A stretch of DNA of 32,000 nt from Tannockella kyphosi (lineage in GTDB: Bacteria; Bacillota_I; Bacilli_A; Erysipelotrichales; Coprobacillaceae): contig NZ_CP088239.1 in the NCBI RefSeq assembly GCF_021054785.1, positions 630,001 through 662,000 of the forward strand, written 5' to 3'. The notes beneath the pieces were generated by a model. That model ran no database searches, was not told the DNA's origin, and saw only the letters and a list, made by a program, of their open reading frames with translations. A program made the translations under genes and the position numbers. Shown piece after piece: positions 24,277-31,979 of the stretch; the stretch's first letter is position 1, and the number at the start of each line of letters is the position of its first letter.

Positions 24277-26223
24277 ATGGAAAACAAATTTTACCCAAAT
24301 TTAGCAAAATCAATTCAAATTGGTGATGTTACATTTAAAAATCGTATTTTAGGAGCACCTATGTCAAATCCTGAAATGGACACAGAAAGTCACATGAGAA
24401 GAGAAGACGTAGCCTTTCATGCAAATCGTGTAAAAGGTGGATTATCAAGTACTTGTATCGGTTTAGGGGTTGTGTCACCAGAAGGGCGTACACATACCAA
24501 AGAAGTTACATTATATGATGTTATGAGTTTACCATCATTAAAAGAATTTTCAAATGCAGTTCATCGTCATGGGGCACTAGCAGTTATGGAATTAACGCAT
24601 GGTGGTAAATATGCAAATGCACGTGGTCATGCTGGAGTTTCTGGTTCATCAATGGGGCCAAATGATGAGGTTGGTTCTCATGGAAATATGATTCATGCAA
24701 TGAATGATGAAGAAATACTTGCAGTTGCAGAAGAATTTGGAGAAGCAGCAAAACTTGTAAAAGAAGCAGGAATAGATATGATTTTATTACATGCAGGGCA
24801 TGGATGGTTATTGCACCAATTCATTTCTCCTGCTATGAATAAGAGAACAGATAAATGGGGTGGATCTTTAGAAAATCGTATGCGATTCACTTTACTAGTT
24901 ATTGAAAAAATTCGTGAAGCAGTTGGTCAAGGTTATCCAATTGAATTCCGTTATAGTGGTGCTGAGTTTGATGATGGTGGATACACAATTGAAGAAGGTG
25001 TTGAAATCGCAAAAGCAGTAGATGGGAAAGTTGATTTAATACATGTTTCAGCAGGTGTTCATGAAAATCCAGAAGTATTTGGGATTACCCATCCGTCGAT
25101 GTTTGTACCAGAAGGTTGTAATGTATTCTTAGCTGCTGAAGTGAAAAAACATGTAAAAACACCAGTTGCTACTTTAGGTGGTTTATCAGATATGGATATG
25201 ATGGAAGATATTATTGCATCAGGGAAAGCAGATATTGTTGAAGTTGCTAGACAGTCAATTTGTGATCCATATTTTGTAGAAAAAGCATTTTCAGGAAAAA
25301 GTGATGAAATCGTTTCTTGTTGTCGTTGCTTTACATGTTTCTATAATTATTTAACAAATAGAACATATGCTTGTGCATTTAATCCAGAAGTTGGAAATGA
25401 ACTTGCTTGTCAAAGTGCACCAGTTGCAGTAGAAAGTGCAAAGAAAGTTATTGTTATTGGTGGTGGACCTGGTGGTATGGAAGCCGCTTGTACTGCTGCA
25501 CAAAGAGGACATACTGTTAGTTTATATGAAAAATCTAGTTCATTGGGTGGACAATTACGATTTGAAGAACATATTCCATTCAAGAAAAATATGCATAAGT
25601 TTGTAAAAGTAATGGAAAAACGTTTAGAAGATACAGGGGTAGAAGTTCATTTAAATCATGCTCTTTGTGGCAAAGAAGTTGCAAATATGGATGCGGATGC
25701 AGTTATAGTTGCAGTAGGTGCATCTCCAATTGTACCTTCTATTGAAGGTATTGATAGTTCAAAAGTGGTTGGTTTAGATGTATTAACAAAAGCTAATCCA
25801 GAATTAGGAGAAAATGTTGTTATCTTAGGTGGAGGTCTAGTAGGGACTGAAGTTGCAATTTACTTAGATGGTCTTGGTAAAAATGTAACGATGATAGAAA
25901 TGAATGATGACTGGGCTACTGATTCTTACTTTATGCATAAAAATGCAATGGCTACTTATATCCGTAAAAGCAATATTAAAATCCATACATCATCAAAAGC
26001 GATTGCTATTAATGATGAAGGTTTAGTATGTGATACACCAGATGGTCAAGTAGTGTTTAGTGCTGATCATATCTTATTAGCTGCAGGTATGCGTCCAAAT
26101 ATTGCCCTTGCAAAAGAGTTCGAAAATACTGCTCCACGTGTTTTTGAAATTGGTGATGCTATTCGTACAGCTCGTGTTAGTGATGCTGTTTCTGATGGTT
26201 ACTATCGAGCGTTAGCAATTTAA
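24277..26223 (+). CDS. Second multidomain 2-enoate reductase / dienoyl-CoA reductase family flavoenzyme (paralog of 15453-17480)
   Basis: OYE-type motifs HAGHGWLLHQFISP...NKRTDKWGGSLENRMRF. Cys cluster CCRCFTC...C. Dinucleotide folds VIGGGPGGMEAA and ILGGGLVGTEVA. AGAAGGAG RBS. Confidence 0.8.
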   Translation: MENKFYPNLAKSIQIGDVTFKNRILGAPMSNPEMDTESHMRREDVAFHANRVKGGLSSTCIGLGVVSPEGRTHTKEVTLYDVMSLPSLKEFSNAVHRHGALAVMELTHGGKYANARGHAGVSGSSMGPNDEVGSHGNMIHAMNDEEILAVAEEFGEAAKLVKEAGIDMILLHAGHGWLLHQFISPAMNKRTDKWGGSLENRMRFTLLVIEKIREAVGQGYPIEFRYSGAEFDDGGYTIEEGVEIAKAVDGKVDLIHVSAGVHENPEVFGITHPSMFVPEGCNVFLAAEVKKHVKTPVATLGGLSDMDMMEDIIASGKADIVEVARQSICDPYFVEKAFSGKSDEIVSCCRCFTCFYNYLTNRTYACAFNPEVGNELACQSAPVAVESAKKVIVIGGGPGGMEAACTAAQRGHTVSLYEKSSSLGGQLRFEEHIPFKKNMHKFVKVMEKRLEDTGVEVHLNHALCGKEVANMDADAVIVAVGASPIVPSIEGIDSSKVVGLDVLTKANPELGENVVILGGGLVGTEVAIYLDGLGKNVTMIEMNDDWATDSYFMHKNAMATYIRKSNIKIHTSSKAIAINDEGLVCDTPDGQVVFSADHILLAAGMRPNIALAKEFENTAPRVFEIGDAIRTARVSDAVSDGYYRALAI

Positions 26224-26254
26224 TGCAATCATTATCAATGAAGGAGATACAAAT

Positions 26255-27406
26255 ATGTTAGAAACTAAAAAACCAAGCCGTATGGAGGTATTATACGGCT
26301 TCCTTATTTCTTTATTACTTGCAGTTGGTTTATATTTGTTTCTTACTACTATTTATCCAATAGTAGTAACAAATAATATCACTACTAGTTTTGGTGATAT
26401 TCAATTAGGAAGTATGGAGTATGTTATGATGGATATTTCTCAATTAACATTTCTTTTCTCTCCACTTTCTTGTACAATGATGATTCTTATCTCATTTTTT
26501 GCAGCATATTTAGAACGAATTGGTTCTAAATATATGGGAACTGGGGTAGATGGTAACGGACATATATTTACTGTTATGTTGGTTATGGCTATCGTAAGTG
26601 TAATACTAAGTGAGTTGCTTTATTCGAATACTTTATCTGAGTTTGGATTTATTCCAACACTAGCATCTTTCTTATTTTTCCATCATTTAGTTATGTTCTA
26701 TGGTGTAGATACTAAAAAGATACTATCTATCTTATTGGTAACAACTTTACTAGCTTCACCTATATGTTTGCTTGCGCGAATTTGGTTAGTTGATCCTTTA
26801 GGATTACCAATATTTATTAGTGTAACAGTAGGGGCAATTGGATTTATGCCAATCGCACATTTGATTTTTAAACTTATGCCCTGGATGACAAAGGCAGATT
26901 CTAAACCAGAAGTTAATAAACCTAAATATTCTCCTAATATATGGTTTATGAACCAATTATTTGGTGATATTGGTCAAACAGGTGTAAATGGTAGTTCCAT
27001 AGCTGCTCTTGGTTTAGTAGTATTTACTGTAATATCTTATCTATTAAATCCATTAAGTACGGGAGCTGGAGTAGGATTGTTTCCTATCACTATATTTGCT
27101 ATGATTGTCACAGGTGCATTAACTATCTTTATTTATTATCCATATTATAAAAGTCAACCAATACTATCATTTACCAGTATTCTAGTAGTAGCTGCAGTTA
27201 TGGTTACTTATCCTAGTTCATGGTTAATTGTAGTTTGTACCATCATATATGCAGCAATAGTACCTACACCAGTTACTGGATGGGTATTGAAAGTAAGTGG
27301 ATATAAAGGAGAATATTGCATATTCCCATTAATTATGATTGCCGTATCCACAGTAGCAATTCCTTGGTGTATGTTTGTAAAACTAGTCCTAGTAGCACTA
27401 ATTTAA
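26255..27406 (+). CDS. Polytopic membrane protein of unknown family (about 10 TM), co-transcribed with the reductase
   Basis: GAAGGAG RBS 31 nt after the reductase stop. Hydrophobic segments run throughout the protein. I recognise no transporter signature. Confidence 0.65.
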   Translation: MLETKKPSRMEVLYGFLISLLLAVGLYLFLTTIYPIVVTNNITTSFGDIQLGSMEYVMMDISQLTFLFSPLSCTMMILISFFAAYLERIGSKYMGTGVDGNGHIFTVMLVMAIVSVILSELLYSNTLSEFGFIPTLASFLFFHHLVMFYGVDTKKILSILLVTTLLASPICLLARIWLVDPLGLPIFISVTVGAIGFMPIAHLIFKLMPWMTKADSKPEVNKPKYSPNIWFMNQLFGDIGQTGVNGSSIAALGLVVFTVISYLLNPLSTGAGVGLFPITIFAMIVTGALTIFIYYPYYKSQPILSFTSILVVAAVMVTYPSSWLIVVCTIIYAAIVPTPVTGWVLKVSGYKGEYCIFPLIMIAVSTVAIPWCMFVKLVLVALI

Positions 27407-27450
27407 ATAAAGGTCTAAGTTTATTTACCAAATAGAATATTTTCTTAACA

Positions 27451-27501
27451 AAAAGCCTATTCACTATTACTTCAATAACGGAAGTTAGAAAATAGGCTTT
27501 T
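27451..27501 (+). terminator. Long-loop hairpin, probable terminator of the reductase operon
   Basis: AAAAGCCTATT ... AATAGGCTTTT forms an 11-bp stem. The 29-nt loop contains an inner ACTTC/GAAGT stem. A T-run follows. Confidence 0.45.
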
Positions 27502-27600
27502 GATTATGTATAAAAACAAATGAGAATAACTAATAAATTCTGAGATTATTAAAAAACATGCTATAATTATAAAAATATTTCTATAGTAGAAAGGGAAAAG

Positions 27601-28296
27601 ATGATGAAAACAATCGGTTTAATTGGAGGTATGAGTTGGGAAAGTACACTTTCTTATTATCAAATTATTAACGAAAAAACCAAAGAAATTTTGGGAGGGT
27701 TGCATTCTGCAAAGATCTTGCTATATAGCGTAGATTTTGCGGAAATTGAAGAATATCAATCAAAAGGGGAATGGGATAAAAGTGCAGAAGTACTATCAGA
27801 TATTGCTGTAAATCTTGAAAAAGCTGGTGCTGACTTTATTGTTATTTGTACTAATACAATGCATAAAGTAGTACCACAAATAGCAGATAAAATTAGTATT
27901 CCTATTATTCATATTGCTAAGACTACTGCAAAAGCAATAAAAAGAGAGAATCTTCATAAAATTGCTTTGCTTGGTACAAAGTATACAATGACTCAAGATT
28001 TCTATAAACAAAAATTGATTGATGAAGGTATTGAAGTAATCATACCTAATCAAGAAGATGTGGAAGTAGTTAATGATATTATTTATGGAGAATTATGTTT
28101 AGGAGAAATTAACCCCATTTCTAAACAAAAATATATTAATATAATTGATAAATTACAAAAACAAGGGGCCCAAGGAGTAATACTAGGATGTACTGAAATA
28201 GGATTGTTAATATCACAAGCTGATATTTCTTTGCCTGTTTTTGATACAACACTTATTCATGCTAAAGAAGTAGCCTCTATGGCAATAAATGAATAA
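27601..28296 (+). CDS. Aspartate/glutamate racemase family protein (aspartate racemase-like)
   Basis: IGLIGGMSWEST is present. The two catalytic-Cys motifs are IVICTNTMH and VILGCTEIG. About 230 aa. Confidence 0.8.
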   Translation: MMKTIGLIGGMSWESTLSYYQIINEKTKEILGGLHSAKILLYSVDFAEIEEYQSKGEWDKSAEVLSDIAVNLEKAGADFIVICTNTMHKVVPQIADKISIPIIHIAKTTAKAIKRENLHKIALLGTKYTMTQDFYKQKLIDEGIEVIIPNQEDVEVVNDIIYGELCLGEINPISKQKYINIIDKLQKQGAQGVILGCTEIGLLISQADISLPVFDTTLIHAKEVASMAINE

Positions 28297-28306
28297 TCGA
28301 TATATT

Positions 28307-28332
28307 AGATTAGATAACTTCTAATCTTTTTT
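28307..28332 (+). terminator. Rho-independent terminator of the racemase gene
   Basis: AGATTAGA-taact-TCTAATCT followed by TTTTT. Confidence 0.75.
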
Positions 28333-28377
28333 ATCGCTCATTTAAACGTAATACGAATGAAAAACACATGATCAAAA

Positions 28378-28460
28378 CATATCAAATAATTTAAAAATAA
28401 AAGTTTATAATAGAATATATCTTTATTTATGTAAATTTTACAGTAATGATAGTTATATTA
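28378..28460 (+). repeat. Left copy of ~83-bp direct repeat flanking the nitrogenase-like cassette
   Basis: CATATCAAATAATTTAAAAATAAAAGTTTATAATAGAATATATCTTTATTTATGTAAATTTTACAGTAATGATAGTTATATTA. It matches 31850-31932 with about 5 mismatches and includes a 45-nt perfect run. Confidence 0.85.
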
Positions 28461-28491
28461 TTAGCATTAAAATGTTATTTATATAATTCTC

Positions 28492-28520
28492 TTGACAAAA
28501 TTCATAATATTTTATACAAT
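28492..28520 (+). promoter_or_regulatory. Sigma-A type promoter of the marR / nitrogenase-like operon (TTGACA-17-TACAAT)
   Basis: The -35 TTGACA is at 28492-28497 and the -10 TACAAT at 28515-28520, with an exact 17-nt spacer. Confidence 0.65.
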
Positions 28521-28524
28521 TTCC

Positions 28525-28537
28525 TTAGCACTACTAA
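28525..28537 (+). promoter_or_regulatory. Operator palindrome copy 1 (TTAGCACTACTAA), probable MarR site at the transcription start
   Basis: It lies 5 nt downstream of the -10. The 17-mer TTAGyAsTACTAATTAA recurs at 28572-28588 (inverted) and at 29098-29114. Confidence 0.55.
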
Positions 28538-28575
28538 TTAAATATGGTGGCGCTAATTATTTAGAAACATTTTAA

Positions 28576-28588
28576 TTAGTACTACTAA
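28576..28588 (+). promoter_or_regulatory. Operator palindrome copy 2 (TTAGTACTACTAA) in the marR leader
   Basis: Perfect half-sites TTAGTA/TACTAA around one central base. It lies 15 nt upstream of the marR ATG and is preceded by TTAA. Confidence 0.55.
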
Positions 28589-28602
28589 GGTTTGGAGGTT
28601 AT

Positions 28603-29049
28603 ATGAAAAATTTAAAAAGTTTAGAAGAAAACCTGGATGAGTTGCAAAAAAGAATGCAAAAAATCAAAAAGGAAAACATGGCAGAAGAAAATTTTTTACA
28701 CTCTGGTGAGATGTCGTTAATTAAATTTATTGCCCATTATCATCATAGATTTGATAAAGCTCCTACACTTGTAAAGATAAGTCAAGTAATTGGTATTTCT
28801 GGTGCTACTGCCACGACACTAGCTGATAGGCTAATTAAAAAAGGTCTAATTGAAAAAAAATCATCACCAGATGATAAACGAGCAAAACTTTTGTCACTGA
28901 CACCAAAAGGAGAGGAGTATCTTATGTCTAATCGTACCAGACATAAAGAAATGTTATTGAAACTTACTTCATCTCTTGGCAAAGAGGATACAAAAGAACT
29001 CAATCGAATCATTGAAAAAATCAATGATCATCTAGAAAACGAAAAATAA
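28603..29049 (+). CDS. MarR family transcriptional regulator
   Basis: The wHTH and wing are LVKISQVIGISGATATTLADRLIKKGLIEKKSSPDDKRAKLLSLTPKGEEYL. GGAGG RBS. Confidence 0.85.
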   Translation: MKNLKSLEENLDELQKRMQKIKKENMAEENFLHSGEMSLIKFIAHYHHRFDKAPTLVKISQVIGISGATATTLADRLIKKGLIEKKSSPDDKRAKLLSLTPKGEEYLMSNRTRHKEMLLKLTSSLGKEDTKELNRIIEKINDHLENEK

Positions 29050-29097
29050 ATTTATATGTGCATCTATGTATGCACCTATATTTTACGAAAAAATTAG

Positions 29098-29110
29098 TTA
29101 GTACTACTAA
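29098..29110 (+). promoter_or_regulatory. Operator palindrome copy 3 (TTAGTACTACTAA) immediately upstream of the nifH-like gene
   Basis: It lies between the marR stop and the AAGGAGAG RBS. A weak TTTACG-17-TACTAA promoter could overlap it. Confidence 0.5.
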
Positions 29111-29129
29111 TTAAAAGGAGAGAATTAAT

Positions 29130-29897
29130 ATGAGAAAAATTGCAATTTATGGAAAAGGTGGTATTGGAAAATCTACTACTACCTCTAACTTATCAGTAGC
29201 ACTTGCATTAAAAGGATACAAGGTCATGCAAATAGGATGTGATCCGAAATCTGATTCAACCAAAAATCTTATGGGTGGTAAAATCATTCCATCTGTATTA
29301 GATAAAATAAAAGAAAAAGGTGATGATATTAGCCTTTGCGATGTTGTTTATAAAGGTTTTGGAGGGGTACTGTGTGTAGAGTCAGGTGGTCCTACTCCTG
29401 GTATTGGTTGTGCAGGCCGAGGAATAATATCAGCTTTTGAAAAGCTGGCAGAATTGGAAGCATTTGAAACATACCAACCAGACATTGTTATATATGATGT
29501 ACTAGGTGATGTTGTTTGTGGAGGCTTTGCAATGCCAATTCGTGATGGATATGCAAAAGAAGTTTTTATTGTATCAAGTGGTGAAATGATGGCACTTTAT
29601 GCAGCAGATAATATTTCTAGAGCAATCAAAAACTTTGAGAAACGTTCTTATGCAAAAGTTGGTGGACTTATCTTAAATTCTAAAAATATTGAAAATGAAC
29701 TTGAAATAGTAGAAAAAGCTTGCAAAGAAATAGGAACTGATATTGTGAAACAAATTCCAAGATGCGGTGATATTCAAACTGCTGAAAATGCTGGTGGTAC
29801 TGTTTTTGAGTTTACAAAAGAATCTATGATGATAGATGTTTATAATGATTTAGCAAATAAAATTCTAGAAAGAACAAGTGAAAATGAAGGAGAATAA
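29130..29897 (+). CDS. Nitrogenase iron protein-like ATPase (NifH/NflH/BchL superfamily)
   Basis: Walker A is [12 protein letters not shown]. Switch I is GCDPKSDST. The two 4Fe-4S ligand contexts are [16 protein letters not shown] and [16 protein letters not shown]. Also [13 protein letters not shown] and GGLILNS. The match to NifH is close over its whole length. Confidence 0.9.
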   Translation: MRKIAIYGKGGIGKSTTTSNLSVALALKGYKVMQIGCDPKSDSTKNLMGGKIIPSVLDKIKEKGDDISLCDVVYKGFGGVLCVESGGPTPGIGCAGRGIISAFEKLAELEAFETYQPDIVIYDVLGDVVCGGFAMPIRDGYAKEVFIVSSGEMMALYAADNISRAIKNFEKRSYAKVGGLILNSKNIENELEIVEKACKEIGTDIVKQIPRCGDIQTAENAGGTVFEFTKESMMIDVYNDLANKILERTSENEGE

Positions 29898-29898
29898 G

Positions 29899-30537
29899 AT
29901 GCGTAATATGAAAAAAATGATGCATGGAGATAAAGGGATTAATCGTTGTCCTCTATCTGGTGCAACGAAAGCTGTAATGATGGTCGATGGGGCAGCAATG
30001 CTAGTAATAGGTACAGAAGAATGTACCTATTACACTAAATCATCTTTAGAAATGAAAGGTGATAGTAGTAATTGCTTTTCTGTTGTATTAGATAAAAATG
30101 ATATAACTTTCGGTAGTCTTGATACTGTTAGTGAGGCTGTTTATGAACTGTTAGATGAATATAAACCAACTGCCTTGTTTTTAATTACAACATGTGTAGT
30201 TGAAATTATTGGTGATGATTTTACAGCACTTGCACTAGAAGCAAGTGCTAAATATAATTTGCCAGTAAAAGTTATTCAAACTAATCATTATAAAGGGAAA
30301 GATGATGAATATGGAATGGATTTAGTTTTTGATGCGGCAAAAGATTTAGGACAAAAGCCTCATAAGTTTAATAACATTACAAACATGATAGGCAATAAAA
30401 TAGGTAGTAAAGCGAATATGTCACGTTCTACTATGTCAGAAGAGGAAATGTTTCAAATGTTAAAAGCAAAAACAGGTGGAAGAATGTCAGACAAAGAAAT
30501 TCGTAAGAAAATACATTCTAAAATGGGAGGAAGATAA
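29899..30537 (+). CDS. Short (212 aa) NifD/K-like (nitrogenase component 1 type oxidoreductase) protein with three conserved-position Cys and a basic tail
   Basis: The ATG lies 1 nt after the nifH-like stop, behind a GAAGGAG RBS. Motifs are NRCPLSGA, LVIGTEECTYY and FLITTCVVEIIGDDF, which are the family's cluster-ligand contexts. The fold segment ends at about residue 150. A Lys/Arg/Met-rich tail follows. Confidence 0.75.
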   Translation: MRNMKKMMHGDKGINRCPLSGATKAVMMVDGAAMLVIGTEECTYYTKSSLEMKGDSSNCFSVVLDKNDITFGSLDTVSEAVYELLDEYKPTALFLITTCVVEIIGDDFTALALEASAKYNLPVKVIQTNHYKGKDDEYGMDLVFDAAKDLGQKPHKFNNITNMIGNKIGSKANMSRSTMSEEEMFQMLKAKTGGRMSDKEIRKKIHSKMGGR

Positions 30538-30538
30538 T

Positions 30539-31648
30539 ATGGCACTAACTAGATTTTTACCAACTCCATCAGATAGAATGGGGATTTTATGGTCACTTTT
30601 ACAAATGGAGGATGCTATTATCTTAGAATATGGCACAGAAGGGACAACTGCTTATGCAATGAAAATCAATATGATGATGGGAATGAATGTTCAAAACAAA
30701 CTCTTTGTCACTGGGTTAGATGAAAATAACGTAGTTATGGGTGATACAACAAATTTAGAGAAAAAGATTCTAGAACTTGACAAGAAATTTTCACCAAAAG
30801 CAATTTTTGTTATGGCATCTTCTGTTTCTTCTATGACAGGAACTGATGTGAAAGGAGTTTGTAAATATATGCAAGAGGAAGTAAATGCAAAGCTTGTCGT
30901 ATTTAGCCAAGGTGGATTTAATGGAGATTATAGTAGTGGACTACAAGCAAGTTATACTGATTTAATATCAAATTTTGCAATTTCTAGAATGAAAAAAGAA
31001 AATTGTTACAATATTTTAGGGGTTTTTGCAATGGACAAAAGTGCTAATGCAGATGTTTTAGAAATTGAAAAACAATTATCAAATAATTTTGGACTTCATA
31101 AGAATGCAGTGTTATCCTTAGAAACCAATCTTGAAAAAATTGAAACAATGTCAAAAGCTTTGGTAAATATTGTACTAAGTTATGAAGGATTAAAGGCAGC
31201 TGAGATTCTAAAAGAACGATTTGATATACCTTATATTTATGGACAGCCTATTGGTATAACAGCTACAAATAAGTGGCTAATAGATATTGCAAAAGCGATT
31301 AATATGGATTTTGAAATAACAAAAACAGAACAATCAAAACAACTAAATCGTAAAGTTTTAATTTATGCAAGCTATGATAAAGCACTTGCATTAAAACAGT
31401 ATATGGAAGAAAAAGGTTGTACTGTTTTAGATGTTGTTTGTACTCATAAAATTAAAAAACAAGATAGTATTCGATATATAAAGAATGAAAAAGAAAAGAT
31501 TGATTTGTTTAAGTTGACTAAGGATTCCATTGTTTTTGGAGATGATACTTTTTTAAAGTTTGCAGATAATAGTAATGTTAAAATTAGATTAACACAAAGT
31601 GAAAGTTTATTTGATTTACAATATTTAACTAAAATTTTTAAGTATTAG
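30539..31648 (+). CDS. NifD/K-like (nitrogenase component 1 type oxidoreductase) protein, 369 aa, lacking the canonical cluster cysteines
   Basis: The ATG lies 1 nt after the upstream stop, behind a GGGAGGAAG RBS. It has the same fold register as its partner, but motif 1 reads ILEYGTEGTTAY and motif 2 reads FVMASSVSSMTGTDV, with no Cys in either. Confidence 0.7.
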   Translation: MALTRFLPTPSDRMGILWSLLQMEDAIILEYGTEGTTAYAMKINMMMGMNVQNKLFVTGLDENNVVMGDTTNLEKKILELDKKFSPKAIFVMASSVSSMTGTDVKGVCKYMQEEVNAKLVVFSQGGFNGDYSSGLQASYTDLISNFAISRMKKENCYNILGVFAMDKSANADVLEIEKQLSNNFGLHKNAVLSLETNLEKIETMSKALVNIVLSYEGLKAAEILKERFDIPYIYGQPIGITATNKWLIDIAKAINMDFEITKTEQSKQLNRKVLIYASYDKALALKQYMEEKGCTVLDVVCTHKIKKQDSIRYIKNEKEKIDLFKLTKDSIVFGDDTFLKFADNSNVKIRLTQSESLFDLQYLTKIFKY

Positions 31649-31671
31649 TAGGTATAAGATACTTTATACAG

Positions 31672-31701
31672 AAGACTAGAATATATTTTCTAGTCTTTTT
31701 T
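31672..31701 (+). terminator. Rho-independent terminator of the nitrogenase-like operon
   Basis: AAGACTAGAA-tatatt-TTCTAGTCTT forms a perfect 10-bp stem running into TTTTTT. Confidence 0.85.
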
Positions 31702-31849
31702 AATACTTATCTTTAAAATAAAAAAGCAACATAATGCTACTTTGGAAGAATAAAAAAAGGATCATGAAGATAGTTAGTGATATCTTATTTAATAGTAGTT
31801 AAAAAATGAACACGTTAAGGTGGTTATATCTTACAATGATGAATTTATG

Positions 31850-31932
31850 CATAACAAATCATTTAAAAATAAAAGTTTCTAATAGAATATATCTTTATTT
31901 ATGTAAATTTTACAGTAATGATAGCTAAATTA
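31850..31932 (+). repeat. Right copy of ~83-bp direct repeat
   Basis: CATAACAAATCATTTAAAAATAAAAGTTTCTAATAGAATATATCTTTATTTATGTAAATTTTACAGTAATGATAGCTAAATTA. See 28378-28460. Confidence 0.85.
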
Positions 31933-31979
31933 TGCTATAGTTAACAAAAGATTATTTGGATAATGAAAGGTGGAAATAT

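Noticed and set aside
29878-30538. Longer starts given in the ORF track for the two NifD/K-like genes (29878 and 30476)
   Set aside because: Both extensions overlap the preceding gene. The ATGs at 29899 and 30539 each sit 1 nt after the upstream stop with a well-spaced GGAG-type RBS, and the conserved fold begins just after them.
29130-31648. Interpreting the NifH/NifDK-like genes as a nitrogen-fixation (nif) locus
   Set aside because: The D/K-like proteins are far too short (212 and 369 aa, against roughly 480-520). They lack the P-cluster and FeMo-co ligand sets. There is no nifB/E/N/V or other maturation gene, and the operon is controlled by a MarR-type repressor.
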